Below, one piece after another: positions 1-18,200 of a stretch of DNA of 64,000 bases; positions within the stretch are counted from its first letter, which is position 1, and every line of letters begins with the position of its first letter. The notes beneath the pieces were generated by a model that did not search any database, was not told the origin of the DNA, and worked only from the letters and a program-made list of their open reading frames with translations. This DNA comes from Oculina patagonica (Eukaryota), in contig NC_135762.1 of the NCBI RefSeq assembly GCF_052425735.1, positions 10,974,001-11,038,000 of the forward strand, read 5' to 3'. The position numbers were made by a program, and so were the translations under genes.

Positions 1-3000
1 TAGGTTTTTTCTTTAATACTCTTATCGTCTGAAATTTATCGATCTTTCTTACTTAAGCCATGTGGTAACAAAAGTGAATACAACCGTAAAAGTTACGTTT
101 CTACTACGTTTAAAGTTTGTTTCACTGAGCATTTCGAATGAATTCTGTTGCATCAAAAATATTTCTACGACTGTAAACTTGACCTGTACATGTTATACAT
201 TGGTACAACTACATTACGCAGTTCTTACTTCATTTTGATTGCTCGTACTACCGTGTATGAAGACAACATCATCACTATCTGGAATATTGTGGTTCCTTGC
301 TACAACTATCTGTAAACGCGACGAACGAGAAAATCTAAAGTGAAACTTTTTCTGGCACATTGTTGCCGCCATATTAAATTTACTGTCCTTTGTGTATGTT
401 AAATACATTCTGTTAATTAATAAATGAAACCCGAGGAAATTTAGTTGCCAACTAAATCTGGCCAAAGAAATGTGGCCAAATACATAAATGCTATTCAAAA
501 ACGTTATTTTTATTTGACTAAATACGGTCGACAAACATGCTTCCTTCTGTTGCTAATTGGAAAAGAGGTGATACTTTGGCTTCGTTTTAATTATTTACAA
601 ACCGAAAATCAGATATGCATATGAATGGCGGCCCTGGTATCCGGTAGATAATCGATGTCAGTCACCCATTCGCTCACCTGAAACTTTATTATCATTTCTT
701 TAAGGGTGTTGTTTGCAATTTTGTGAACCTACGGTGCAGATATAATGTTTTCCACCCAGCAAATTAAATGAAGACGGAGGTGTGAAACAATTGGTTAGCC
801 TCTGGTTTATCACTTATTAACCACATAGACGAAACATATTCGTCAGACCCATCATTATAAAATTACTCACATAGTACAGAGGCCGGAGGAGGTTATTGGA
901 CATCTTTTGTTTTACGTGAAATAATAATGATATACATTTTATCGATACATTAGCAGAAACATACAGCAGATGATTTTTTTTTTCGGTTCACTTTAAGTCG
1001 ACTGTTATTACCCACCTGGTAATGAATGCATCTCAGGTTTTGGATACCATCCAGTTAATTAACTTGCGATGCATGAAAGCTAGCCGACTGAATTAAGTTG
1101 AAACTTTTCTTTGCTTCGAAACTCAGCTGCTTTGTAATAAATTAGCTTTAAAGATCTAGTATTAGTGTGTGTATTAAACATGAAACATTCTACCGAATGT
1201 ATTTCCGATAATGTTTGGTATTATTTCATTTACATTTATATGAAAAAAAAATAATAATCGCTTTTTCTTGATGAAAAAGATATAGCTGTGTAATGATAAA
1301 GGATATAGCTGTGTATTTATAAAGTATTCTCATGTGTCAAACAAAACGAAATAAAAGCTGCACCAAATAAATTTTCCAGGTAATCTTTATTTGTTTTGTC
1401 GATATTCTTCGTCATAATTCAAAGGTATCACGTATGTTATAAAGTGAAATTTAATTTGTCAAAACAACGTTTAGATAAAGGTTCCTGTTCTAAATGAAAT
1501 TTTAAATATATTTATCGTGAATGAGTAAAGTTGACATGTTAAAGTAGATATATGTTAGCGGATAACTCAAAAGCAAATATTGCGTAATGTAGCTTGATTC
1601 GAAAAGTTAACACAAAAAAAAAACAGTTAAATGAATTCTCAATTATTATAAGTAAAAATTTTAAAACGTAAAACACATTCGAGAGGGGCCATTCAAGTGT
1701 CAGTGAGAAAAAACTGTCATATGTAGACATGTCATTTTCGTTTAAACGTAAAGGGATGTCGAGAAATAGTTAAAAGAAAATGTATATACGTATTCAGTGA
1801 ATACCATCAAAAGGAAAGCAAGACGTGCCAATTTTCTTAGAAAACGCTGTGCTTTTCGAATTTTTAATAATAGTTATTGTTGAACTCAAGTTGCGCTACT
1901 TGTTCGTATTTTGAAAATAAGTAATCTTAAAACAGAAATAAAATACGTGAAGGTGTTACTAAATTTAGGTTTGGTAGAAAAAAGCAAATTTACTTTCTTA
2001 ACCAAATTGCCAACCAGTTCGGCAAAGCCTTTTTTGTTTACAAAGTGATTTTTCTTGACACCATGAGCGTTGGACGCAAATTTAACATTAACTTTAGTGA
2101 ATCCAATTTACACGCTCAACATAATGGACGATTTACAAGTGTGTGATAAAAATGCTTATTTCCATAGCAAACCAGATGTGTTTATGATCATAACCCATTG
2201 TAGTTTTGCCGAAACTAGCGGAAATATGGAAGAAAATACGAAATAATTGCTGCACAATGGCGGTAACCTCTGCATCGCCCAACAAAGATATTAAGTTTTC
2301 AGAAAAAAAAAATAGTATAGAACCGAAAAACCGACATTGGAAAAGCAATTAAAGTGAAGCCTTAAAAAAGACTTTGTTCTAATGTCTGAAGAATCCACAA
2401 TCGTTTTGACGAATCTCTTTTCCAAGTGAATCTGATACGATTCTAAAAAAATTATCGCAGTTTTGGAGACAAGTGAATGCAATCGCTGTAGTAGCGATCA
2501 CTTTTCGTGTTTTTTCCTGTTTTCCTTCCTGGAAATTGCGCCACAAATTAATCTCAGATGACAAAGATTGATAACTTTGCGACCATGTCAGCTTACAATA
2601 AACAAAGATGGTCTCGCAGCGATTCAGAAAGAAGGCCTGTATATTTTAAAAATCTGCAGTTTTGTTCTTGTTTAGCCAAGAGGAAAACTGAGACATAGCC
2701 TTTGCTTGTTAATTGTACATTGCAATAATACTTGTCAAACATCTCGTCTAGCTTTTGAAAATGTCGATGCGATTCCGTGCAGAATCCACCTCCGCAAAAA
2801 GTGGCCAATTTACTTATTTTTTCGCAAAAAGACGTTTTGTGGACAACTTTGATGTATTTATCTTTTTTATCAGATACATCACTGTAATGGCCCTATTTAG
2901 CCGCATCCGTCCGGCAAACTGCGAATATTTATCGCTTTTAGACATCCATAGTCAATAGAATTTTTAAACAGTTATTTTCAATAGGTTAGGATTATTTGCA

Positions 3001-4273
3001 TTTTCTTTTTTCTCTTTACTTCAGCGATTCTGTCTTGAATAGTCCAAACACGCAAACCAACGGAAATGTTTAATCCTTTTTTGTAAAATTTCTCAGCTTC
3101 AAAGTAAGACGCAAGTAGTTTTCGAAGATCCTTCGAAATCGAAGCGCTTTGAAGCGGCCCTTTTAGGACTGAAGGAAATTATACAATAGATTTCTCTCTT
3201 TTGTCTCAGTATATGAAAAGAGTGAATTAACACACAAAGACTGCGCACAACATTTAGTCTTTTATTGACTGTACAAACTTAAATACAGCTGAAAATTCCC
3301 AGGGCAAAACAACGCGGCCTCTAGAGATTGCATTAAAATATTGTTGGTACTACGGTCTCGCAATCGGCCCTTTAGAATTCAGAGTTGTCTGCGTTACGAA
3401 ACTTCGCTAAAGGGCGCGTATACTTTTCAGAAGTGTCTGTTAACGTAACACGGGCGTGTCGTTTCATTAAACGCTTGTAAGTTGTGACTTCTCACAGCTA
3501 AGATTAAAAGGAAAGACTTATTCATTTTAGTTAGCACTTTTCAACAGCTCATCGTCTTACACAAGAATAGTTTGATATTACCTTAATAACTAAGTCAATG
3601 TAGATTGGGATTAAGAAGCGAGAACTACACGGGCGCGAGACAAAACCATTATTAGAAAACGCTTATAGCCGGTATCAAAACGTTCTTAGCTGAATGAGTA
3701 GATAGATTTACACGAATTAACTTTGGCAAATATACTCGACTTGTTCGTTTCGCCCACCAAAATTATGCGCCGAAAGTCTGTTAAGAACAAAAGGGAAATT
3801 TGAATGTCGGTGAAGCGTGGTCCCTTAAAGCGTCTACGAAGAATATTGAGCAATATTACATTCTCACCAAGAAAGAATTCGAGGTCCTTTAAACTTTTTT
3901 CTATAATTTCAACTACTTTAAGCACTTTGTTCGTCTAAGAACTAACATGTCAATCTTTTCTTTAACTACTTTAAATACATTGAATCTTGTAACTAAAACC
4001 TTTTAATAATTTGTATTCAGCATTCACTAAACACCCAAACCTTAGCTAGATTGAATCTATTAACTTCAAGAGATTGTTTTTGCTTTTTAATTACGCTTTG
4101 GTGCTAACTTCGGTTTTAAACCTTTAAATCAAACTGAAAAACATGTTTCAAGCTGTTCTGCTTCTAGCAAATGCTTTTCTGACAAAAAGCACCTTAAAAA
4201 CAATGTTTTTAAAAACTTCTCTGCTACGTGCAATCGCACGAGTGACTCCATTCTTAGATATTGTTTGTCAGGT

Positions 4274-6877
<2,604 letters not shown>

Positions 6878-9800
6878 CTTACTCGCGGGTATTTTTTGGT
6901 GCTGAAAATTCTCTGCACGATGATTTCTTGTGGCACTGCAAGAACCTTTAAGTCACCTTAGGCGCTGAGCTGGACTTTAGTATGGTATGTCTTGATTGCG
7001 AAGGTAAGCTGGTACGCTATAGGCCCGGCCGCGATCCAACCGGCATGCGTCCAAGTTGGGTCTGTGACTTTATGCGTCACTGAGTTTCTTTACAAACTGT
7101 ACTTCGAAGCTCAAAGTAGCGTCAACCAATCACAACACAGCCTGATTATAAATAAACTCATATCTATATTAATTACATTTTAACGCTTTCAATTGTTTAG
7201 TTTGAAAAATACTTCGCAAATGTCAATTGCGGTGTGTGGCGCCGACTCTTTTGTGAGGTGCCGTTGGCTAATTATCCGCCGGAAAATTTCATTCACGTCT
7301 TTGCGTCACACAGCAGAAAAAAAAGCGAGGAGGCCACGGAACATCGAAACCACGAAATCTCTATCGAAGCGGACCGTTTCAGGCAAGTCAAGCGAAACAA
7401 ACAGCGCGTTGTTGTTGAAAAGCTTCTTCGATTTTTGACTAAAGCGCGCGATTGGACGGAGGAACCGTCTGCGCTTACTTAATAAAGTATCGTATTCCTA
7501 ATAATGTGTAAATAAAGTTGACTGTGCCAGGGCGAACAGGCAAAACAACTTGACAAGAATTTGTTGATTAAATTTTATTCAAGTACTTCATTGTCGAGCT
7601 AATACGCTTTGATAGGAAGCCATCGAGTTGTAATTAGCCGTGCTGCGTTTTGATTTGTAAACCGTTTGACTTTTAGCTAGCAAGAGGCTTTTTCTGTCAT
7701 TCTCGTCCTGCATGCAATTGTAAATTAAAGGACGTTTAGGCCATCGTCAAACAGTTTAACGGTTAAGTGTCGAGCGATAAAAAACGGCCTAACTTCAAAC
7801 CTATAATATAAATCGTTAAAAAAATACTGTTGATATTTTTTTTGCACATGTCGATGTCACGGCATAGCTAGGTCTCCCACTCATTGCTGATTAGATTTTT
7901 GGATGTTTGTTTAACGCACAAAGGCAAAATTTTCGTGAAGTCAAAACTTTATTAAAGTCCATGTATCGATTAATTTGTTATAAAAGACAGTGGCGAGTAA
8001 ACAGAACCTTTTGAGACCGCTTTGTGTTGTCTACAATGAATAGTTTATTAAATTCGGTCTTGGCGCCTTCCGCAGATTTGTTTCATTCATGTGTTTTTGT
8101 CATTTTATTAGATTCACAAAGGCGCTTGGATGTGCGAGAAACCTGTGAATCCAAAATTGCGACTTGACGCAAAATGCAATTTAAAAAGTGTTTAGATATC
8201 ACTTACGATGCTGAAAGTCTAACAAGATTCTCTGTAATTTTCTCATAAAATTTATCAGGAAGCTCTTTCTAAATTTTATTCGGCAAGAAATTATTTCTTA
8301 CGCCAAACTTGTTAATATATTCATTATTTGTAGAGCTAGTTCCTCTACCGACAGAGCGGGTAATGTTTACTGAAAACGTTTTTACTTCTTTCCGATTACG
8401 TCAAATAAATCAGAACAGTGTCCGTCGGCTCTAGTTCTAGTTAGCTTTGAGAGTGTTCGAGGCTTAACGAAAAGCCACTTCTTCGGTTTTTGTACACTGT
8501 CTAATCTTCTCATAGGGAAGAAAATTGTATTCGTCAAATACTTAGGGACTATCCGTGTTGTCCGTCGGCTTGCTCTATCGCTTGCTAATTAGCTATTAAT
8601 CTTGAGAAAAGCTAACAAAGATTTTTTAATTAACTAGAAACACTTTGCAAAGTACAAGTGAAACGTCTCTCTTCCTGCAGTAAGCTTGTGTTACTGTGTG
8701 TTCAGCTAAAACGTCCATTTATGAAACAAGCTGCCTTAATTGAACTTTTAAAGGGAGAGTATATGTTTTATGCCGAGTACTGTGTGCGACAACAAACAAA
8801 AGAATCGCTTTACATGGCACGGTTTCCTTCCGAAAGGAGCCGATGGGTGCGAGCTGTCACTGACGCCGAGTTTGATAATTTTACCAACGGATAGCATGGA
8901 TGAAACACGGAAAGTGTTTGGACTCATTACTGTTCACGAATCTTTTTCCTACGCTCGAAGACCGGTCTGTAAACATTTATTGTCAGTAAAGTTTTCAAGA
9001 TAAGCTACTTAAAATTTTACAACAAAATAGCTTGGTTTTCTATTTTTCTTTGATAGTTACTTTTTATCTGTATAAATTCGAAAATGACAAGACCATGTCT
9101 TCTTTTTTGATTCACTGTACATGTGGTAATATTGTGGATGTAACTGAAAATGTTTGTTGTGAATAATTAATTAGGGCTGGTAAGCTTTGCAATGTACATT
9201 CTGGATATAATGATATTATTCCTGGTTAAATTCAAGTACGAAAAGATTGCTGCATCTCTTAGTCTTAGTTGTACATAATAATAAACTGTATACACTTCGT
9301 CAAAGACGACATCAAAGATAGACTCATGTTATACCACTCTGTAATAAATAAAATAAGTCTGTTAACTGGTTGTTGAGATTATTTTCAACGCAAATGAAGT
9401 CCTAGCTTTCTGATTTAGTGTTTCGATCATTTTCGGCTTTCCCTGTGTGCATACCGCGAAATGTGTTCGGAAATATTTTGAAGACATTGTTCATAGAAGA
9501 CTATTTTTCGGTAATCACACCGATTTCAACTTTCACTGTTCGCGTTATTGTTCCAGGTTGGTTGAAGAACATGTCTTATAGTCGATATTATGCTTTCATT
9601 TTATTTTTCCATCTTTGGCTGGCGTTATGTCAGAACATATATTTTTTGTTTAATCTGTGAAATTCGACGATAACAAAGATTCAGATTCTTTACTAGGTTC
9701 GTGGATGGCGATTTTGTTGTCTTGTGGCATAATTTGGGATAGGCTGACTCGCTAATGAATTACTTTAAACCAGTAGCTGCCTTTCACTTTCAAAAGCGAC

Positions 9801-12800
9801 ACCTCCTTTCCGCGAAATACAAATTTTTCAGATGTTCTTTGAACCATGTTGCCTTTTAAAAAACGGTATTATGTATTTTAGACATGCTCCTTTGAATACT
9901 ATGAAAAATAGATTGTTTTTTGTTGTTGTTTTTAGCATGCAGTAGCCGACATTTTCGGCGCATTTTTTAGGCAATTTTCCAAAAAAGGAACGGTTGGTTA
10001 TAAAGGGATCTAACCCTTCTCAAGCACGAAACATTAGTTCTTGGGTTACAGATTGCCAAAGGTTTTTGCTAAATGATAATTCTGAGAGTTTGGTGACACC
10101 TCAAGACAATTTCTCCAATGATGTTGATTTAATTTCGATTTTCTTTATCTCGTCACCTGTTCATCGGACGATGTATTGAGACTGGCTACAAGCGGTTAAA
10201 TTCTGAAGTTAAACGCTCTTGAAAATAAACTATTAAGGGCTGACAAGGGACATTAAATTATACCGTTTTTCCTGAACTAATTGAGAGTTTATTAAAGTTT
10301 TCGCACTGAGGTATACATGTTATTGGTTTGATACAGTTATAATATAGTGTCTTGAAGTTTTTCGAAACTATTCCGAACAACGTGTGAATGGAAAGTTTTA
10401 ATCCCAGAAGATTTCAAAACCACTCAATAACCCGGGAATTTGTCTTTGCGTATCCTGTTGAAAACTTTTACAACCAAGGAATTTTTCAATTAACAGGAAA
10501 CCTCCACCTATTATTACTTTCTTTGTTTTGCGGCCGGTTGCCCTTGTAGTGAAGCGATGACAAACATAGTGAATTGTCACAAGTGATGACTGCGAGGACA
10601 TTGATCCGAAATTAAAAAGTTATTACCTCTTTTCAGTGGATTGAGAGAAATGCAAACAAGGCATTGTTATACGCAAGTGACGTCTGGTGCAGACTCCAGT
10701 GGAGCAATAAGCGGTATGGCTTTCGCGGTTTACTAAAGCAATAAGCTGAATGAAACACAACAAAAGACTTTCAAGATGACAGATCATTGGGTTTGTTAGC
10801 TTTGCGAGTTGGAAACGTTGAATTAATTACGTAGGTCTGGATAAATAGACCAACCGTTTGGGCGATGCATCTTCACGTTGTTTGCTTTAAACGTGGTAAC
10901 TTCTTTTTTGTCGGTCAAAGGCTAGATGTGCCTATTCGCAGCCTGCTAAGTTACTCTTATCATGCGTTTATAGAGCTTAACCAATTTGCTCGTAACTAAA
11001 GTGTTTGCTTGTTTTTGCTTTGAATCTTCTGAATCTTAATGACTTTATCCCATGCAGACTAAGCGAAGGACAGTGCCGTTTTGTCTCAGAAATCACAGCA
11101 AGCTCGAGTACTAGAGATGAGCCGAATCGCAGATGCTGAAGGTGCATTAGGATAATGCTGCTTCTCTAAACTATCTGAACAAAAAAAAACTAAACGATCC
11201 ACAGTTACGTCAAGGCGAAACAACTTCATTTGCCAACATAAGCCACGGTAAAATCAACGTCTCAGAAATGCCTCCATCACTTTCACTCCAGCGTATGTAG
11301 TTTTACCCCCACCACATGGATGTCAATGAAACTTCTATGACTGAAAGTTCAACCTCGACACAACACAGAACAGTATAAAATTTTACGATAAGTACAAATC
11401 GTTTCAGTTCAACAAACAGGTCAAGTGTTTAGTGGTGTGTTCTAGCCCAGGTGTCTATCCCATCCATTTAAACTGCCGGCTTAGAAGATTACGCTATTGA
11501 CACCAGATCCTCGTTTCGTGACCCTATTGTTCCAAGCTTGTACACTCCGATGAACGAGCCTAGCGACAAGGTATCGGCTTAATAGCTTATAACGGTCTCT
11601 GGTCACAGACATTAGCTGGCTTGAGGAGAGGCAAGTGTGCAATTACCTAGTCAGCCAACCTACAGAACCTTTGCTTGAACGACTTGGCGGCAAAGATAAT
11701 GGAAACTGCCCAAGAGAAAAGAATTCTAAACTCTTTACATGGTACTCCACTAAATGTTTTCTAGTCAACCGGCCAGAAACGTAGTCAGCTTTCGAAAACG
11801 TTCCTTCCATTCCCTTTTGATGTCAGTCTTTTTATGTGACATGCAGTTAATCATGTCAGGGTTGTGGAATCTTCATCGTGTCCCAATTCGTACCGTCGAG
11901 CTCGGTTAGTAAAGAGAAGGAATCTAAAAGTAATAACATTGCTCATTCGTCATTATGCACTGTGTTCACATTAAGTGAATAAAATCACGGCAATGCAATT
12001 CTATAAACCCTTTTTCTGAGATATAAAAGGTTTATCGCCCTTATTGGCAACTGAAACGGGACAACGCTATCTTTAAATGCTGACAATACTGATAACAGCA
12101 CTATTAAGTTCAGTATGGACCTTTTCAGTAAGCCAAGTCATATATAGCTCTACCTATCGGTGGGTTTTTTATTTTCCTTCAATAAACTTATCCAGAGAAA
12201 AACTTCAGAGAACGACTATTGGGTTTTCTCTCATCATGTTGTTAGTCAGTTTCAGCTGCAGAAACGGTTCCTTAGAGAGCTAAAAAGGCAATCTTCGGTA
12301 TTTCATTTCCCGAGTTTCAGTTTATTTGGTATAATACCATGCTATTGCTCTGTAGCTTTCATTTTAAAGGGTTTGTTACACACAATCAAAGAAGATGGGT
12401 TACAAAACCCCCATATTTGACGCCAAGCGTGAGACGGTTGATGCTTTCAAACGTAGTGATGGCTCATCATAATATATTCATGATCGGAAACCGCGTGTTT
12501 ACCTCTTGTGTAAACTTTGTGAAACACTTGATGACAAGGCTGCATCAAGACACCAAAAACATGAAACACTTCCTTTCAGAGTGAAACAAAGCGAGGCAAC
12601 AGGAAATGAAATTGCCATGGCGGTCCCTTTTGAAATGGCCACCATCGACACTCCTTTGACGTCAGTGACGAACGCGTTGTTCATAAATGTCACCATTATT
12701 GTAAGCTTTTTATGGGCCGTCACATCGACAATGGGAAAATAATATCATTGATCCCTTAGTTGTTATTAAATATGTGCTGTATTGGCAGTTTTACCTCGTC

Positions 12801-15215
12801 AATGTACTATAAAGACAAGTGCAAACTACGTAGTATCGGAGAGGCGTAACATTTCCAAGCGTTGGGTGTAGTTTAGTTTTCACAAGAAGTACACAACTGC
12901 ACTCATGTGCGTCAGTTTCACGTAATAATATTATTCGTTTCACTTCTAATAAGACATGCAACGGAGAGTCAATATCTCTGATAGCTTGTCAGCAGTTAAG
13001 CTCTTGTTACTGTTTTGTAGATTAATTAGTTTCCTCTGACTGTTACGTCGAGTAGGTCCAACCAGAGCCGCATGTCTTCCATTTCAAGTTAACCACTGAA
13101 TGTTGTTAACACTTGGATTTCAAGAGTAAATTAAATTGTTCAATCTTATATGTCACGTATACTCTTCAAGTTGTTTAATCTTGATTAAAACTAGTGAAGC
13201 TATCTTTCCCAAGTCAAGGAATTACTGACAAATATTGAACTCGCCACTGAAGGGTGATACTATGATGTTCTATCTTTCAAACGATGGAGTTACCGACAAA
13301 AACCAAACTCGTCCACTGTAATTAGTTTTACCTTCAGACTTGTTTAGTAATAGTTGTATATAGTGTTCACAAAATCAGTTTTTGATGTCGAAAAAGGGCA
13401 ACGCTTTAGCACTGACAACCACTGCACAAATTTTCTTTGAATTAAAAAAAAAATAACTTTGGCAAAACCACCTGGTGGGTAGGTAAGGTATTTAAGGTAA
13501 AACCTTGATTTTTTTGAAGGTGGTGTCTAAGGACTAAGTATTAAATTTATGTTTTACACAAATAAACAAAAATGATTTTAAAGTTATATACATTGAGCAA
13601 CTCGTGTGAGTATACAATAACTGTTAAATGCCATGGACAAGAACTGACAAAGCCGCAATTAAAAAGTGGTTGAAAATAATCTTCTGATATCATACATTCA
13701 TGCACTTGAGCTAAGAAAAATATCAACAAAATTAGTCGTGTTTTCACTTTAATTATTTTATTAGTATTCTTCTTAGTAGTCGGCATTGGCTCGTTTTGAC
13801 TAGATTAACTGATGAATACAAATCTGTCTAGTTATCTTCGTTTAGAGCAAGCGGTCACTGACAGTCAATATATTACTGTCGATCTGCGACAAGACACAAA
13901 CGGTAATATAAGCCTAGGATCAGACACAAAATAAACTTATAACAATGAACGCTTCGATAAAGTGAATAGTTCGGGAGTTTACTTCCTCGTGACAGTTGCG
14001 GTGGGTCTGGTAGCAGCTTCCGCAAGTTCTTACATGAATGCCAGGCTTGCTACCCTTTGAGAGAACAATAGAGGGGTATCGAATAGTAAAACAACAGGAA
14101 GAAGGCTTCTTGCACCAAAATCAATAGCAACTGCTCCACTAGTAGACCAGTACAATTGCAATTTAATCGATAAGTTTAGATCTCGCTAAAAAAATAGATC
14201 GTAAAAATTAGATCTCGTTAATCACAAGAACTCGACAATGCGTAATACCCAAAACTTACGGTAGGTTCCCAAAACACGGTAGGCAAGTGTGACGAAGTAC
14301 GGGTACCAGACAAGTTTATCGAGAGGTGCCAAAAATTCGGTGCAGTGTAAGAGAGGGCATCCTAGTCAAAGTGGCTTTCCCGATAGTTTATCTTAACTAT
14401 TTTCATTGAACAGTTTTTTGTCACCAAAGGAAAAACAGTCTAAAACAGCAAATATTTGGCACTCAAAATTGTGTACCCAATCAGACTTTTAATTGTCGAA
14501 TAGTCCTCCTCAGACGCGATGGGAATTTTGATTGACGGGATGTTACTTCTTCCATAAAAAAAATTTGCTCCGGCTACCGAGGAGTCTTTAAAGTGCCTTA
14601 ATTAAGCTGGAACAAAAAATGGCTTGTCGTACAGTTTTTTCTCTTTTTTTGCAAACTATGATTGCGAGACAAAATTCTCCTCGGCTAACAGATCCAATAC
14701 GCCTACCGGACTGGCTCGTCTACATATGAAAAGGCTCTTAGAAATATCATCGCAAACTAGTAGTGCAAAAGTCGTGAAACAACATAATCCATGTCTAAGA
14801 TACAGCTGTATTACATAGACTACACCTTCACTAATCCTATAACTCGTATTTCTTGCTTATTTTCTTTTGGAATTACTAACGAAAAAAAACGTATAGATTT
14901 GTATAATAACAATTATAAATTTCATAAAGCGTGTCAATTAAGTAGACACAATTATAACAATTACACACAAAATTAATTCAAAAAGTAGTTGGAAAAATCT
15001 CTAACCTCTGGTGCATATTCTAATAAACCCACCTTAACCGAATTATGTAAGTCTGACCGCAGACCTGTTTTAACTAACGGTGCACCGTTAAATTGTAACT
15101 TATTACTTTTTCTAGTGGTTGGAACAGTTGGAATTCCCAAAACAAATCTAATTTGGATGTGACTCAGTTTTGCCATCCAGATATTGCAAAAAGTCACCTT
15201 GACTCGTAAACTGAT

Positions 15216-18200
15216 CTAAGCAATCCCATAGCATTTTAACTTTCCCAATGTGTGAAAGCCTATCTCTACCCTTGGATCACCCGTGTCACCAAAACGGAGC
15301 TGCGTCACCGGCAGTTTTGACTTGTCAGTCAACAGTCCACTGTCCTCACGCCACGTCATGTCATTGGCATCGCAGTTACACGCCCCGCCTGTTGCGCACG
15401 AGTCGTTCATTCCGCACGCGCACATGTCAGTCTTAGGAGAAGCTCCTCCCCAATACGTCATCTTCTCTCCGTCACGCGACACCCACCAGCCGTAACGCAA
15501 TCCTTCCCACAGGAGCACCGAGTGATGACATTCGTATTTAATGAACTGTTCGCAATGGGTTGAAGCTTGAATGAGGTGTGTGATCTGAGCCAAGGTAACG
15601 CCGTCGTAAATCAGATTTTTCATATAGCTCCCAGGAGACATGTATCCTTTAACAATGGTCCTTTGCTCCGAGTTGTGACTGACCAGTGACACCCCCACGC
15701 CACCCTTATCAGTCATATTGCAACGCACTTTGAAGGTCGGTGAATCTTTATCTGGTTTAACATCGAAAACACCGCTGCGATTATAACCCGCTAATCTTAA
15801 CTCACTGCACGATCTTGCATGTACTGTTAACACAGAGCTGGCGTTTATGGTAGCAACCTCGCTTTTCGCCGCGCAAGTATACAACCCGCCATCGTGAAAA
15901 GAAGTGATATTTATCATCAGAGTGCCGTTGCGCAAAATCTTGTGAGCTTTCGGCATAGCAGTGCCTTGCTTAGACCAAGTAACAGTACCACTGGTTGCTT
16001 GGCACAGAAGCGAAACCTTGCCGCCAACATAAGTCATAAACTGCGCGGCTGGGTGGGTGAGAAACTTTAGTTTAGGGAGTACAGAAATGTGCGCGAAAGC
16101 TTTGACTTCATTCACGTCATTTTTCGCAGTGCAAGTGTACCTGTCGCTGTCTTCTAAGCTAGCATTGCTGATGGTGAGCCGTCCCTTGACAGATGTCTCC
16201 GCGTGCATGCGCCCCCTCGCGGATGACGCTGTCCAATTGATCGCGGGTTCAGGAAATCCAGACGCTTCGCAGGTCAGCGTTGCGTTTTGTCCTTCCTCGA
16301 TCTTTACGGGATGTGGTTTCTTTGTAAATCGAACGGGAACTAGACAGATAAAAAGGATGTGTCATAGTTTTAGTATGTGTGGCTTCTTACAATGCGCCTT
16401 TTCTACTCTCCAATATGTGATCGGTTTTCATTGTTCAAGTGGCCTCGGTTACAACGTATAGGTGTACAGTTGAATCCCGATAACTCGAACCCTCAGTAAC
16501 TCGAACCTTTTTCGATTTCCCTTCAGGTCATTTTCTTACTAATTTTACCCTCGATAACTCGAACTCCCGACATCTCGAACCTATTTCGATTTCCTTGAAG
16601 GTTCGAGTTATCGGGATTGAACTGTATTCCTAATTAAAGTATACAAAAGGAATTATTCAGGGCAAGCAGACTTAAACCTTTTTATTGAACCGAGAATTGA
16701 GATGTTTTTATTAATAAGGTTTAACAAAAGCAAGAGAGTTACTCATACCATGAACAATCAACAAAATGGTTGATTTCGTAATTCCCAGAACATTCTTAGC
16801 CTGACACACGTACATTCCAGCGTCCTTGTGCAGTGTTCCACTTATAACCATCGTACCATTGTTATGTATCACGTGACGACCGCCGGGTAAAGACCCGTAG
16901 ATTCGGTCCCAGGTTGTCTTTGGTGTAGGGAGTCCTTCGGCTTTGCACGGTAACGAGGTTGTGTGTGTCTCTTGGACTGTTACCACTTTTGATGGTGTAG
17001 TGATTGTAGGAATGGAAACAGAGATGCCCGGATCACCTGGAACAATAACATAAAGCAAACGAAAAGGAACAAAAGAAAATATGTTGATAATTCGAATTAA
17101 TAAGTTGACACTGGCTAAAAATATTGTTTTTGGACGTTTCGGCCACTACTGTTGCCTTCTTCAGCAAGATAAAAATGTAAATGTTCAACGGCATTTTAAC
17201 AGGACGCCGTTAGCCAGTGTCAACTTATTAATTCGAATTTTTAACATGCCTGGCTACAACCCGAACATTTTTAAAATATGTTGATGCCTGTAAGCGTCGT
17301 AAGCACGGTACTGGAGAGGGTCACAAATGTAAGCTATTAGGCGCGAACCTGTATAGAATGACTTATTTAGATGGAAGGAATGCTCATATGTAAAGTTTTG
17401 TTAGCAAAGCAGGAGGATTTACCATCACAGGGCGTGTCACAGGAAGAATGATACATCCCTGAGAATATTAAACTTTAATATTTCTATTTATATTTCATTC
17501 CACGTTTCTATAAGGTTTGTTTCTTATATCGGGGGGTTCTTACATTGAGGAGACAAGAGGCGCAGTGACACTAGGAATTGATTGGTCTGGGTTGGAGCGC
17601 TGGTGCACTGTGTCCGGAGTGTAGACATAATCTTCACAGAGAGGTAGTTTGTGGCTCGTAATCCGTCTTAATCTTCGTCAGTCGAAACAATCCTTGTTTA
17701 TTTTCGGGGGTTTTATTTCTCCTTTGGTGTTTATCTACCTTGGAAAACTATTATTTTCAGGTTTTCCTACAATTTGAAAGTAGTCTGAAAAATGACTTAA
17801 AATACCGTGACTGACATATCTCCTTTAAATCGACTTACCTTTTTGTCCTTTCGGGCCTAAAGGTCCAATCAGACCTTTTTCGCCACGAATTCCTTGAGGA
17901 CCTGAATCGCCTTTATCTCCTTTTGGACCTCCAAAACAAAGTCTCTCTTCTTCTGCACAAAACACTTGATTTAACGATCCTATCATTGTGCGAATCTCAT
18001 TCTTTATTTCCAGTTTTATCTTGCGATTGATGCCTTTCTTGCTCTTGCCACTTGTCTTCGACTCGTTGCCTGTCCCCAGATCTCTAGCAAACCTTCTCTG
18101 CGGATCTTTAGGCTTGGTTTCCTGTAACTTCTCTGTGTGATCAAATCAAGGAATAATTTTAAACGTACAAGTCTTAAGAAGCTGATAGTTTGCGGCGATT

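Noticed and set aside
825-850. GACGAA..TTCGTC hairpin with CTGACGA on minus strand
   Set aside because: No correctly placed GAAA or stems, so not a hammerhead.
214-3925. Short ORFs downstream of Pitx
   Set aside because: No recognisable domains or splice-consistent models; AT-rich intergenic or 3' UTR sequence.
10550-11850. Slightly GC-richer stretch that looks like decayed coding sequence
   Set aside because: Frames I translated are interrupted by stops and show no recognisable motif.
12500-12745. Possible decayed third paralogue exon (RQRSVD, ends at a GTAAAC donor-like site)
   Set aside because: Several stops and no collagen, Ig or FBG remnants nearby; the similarity is too weak to support.
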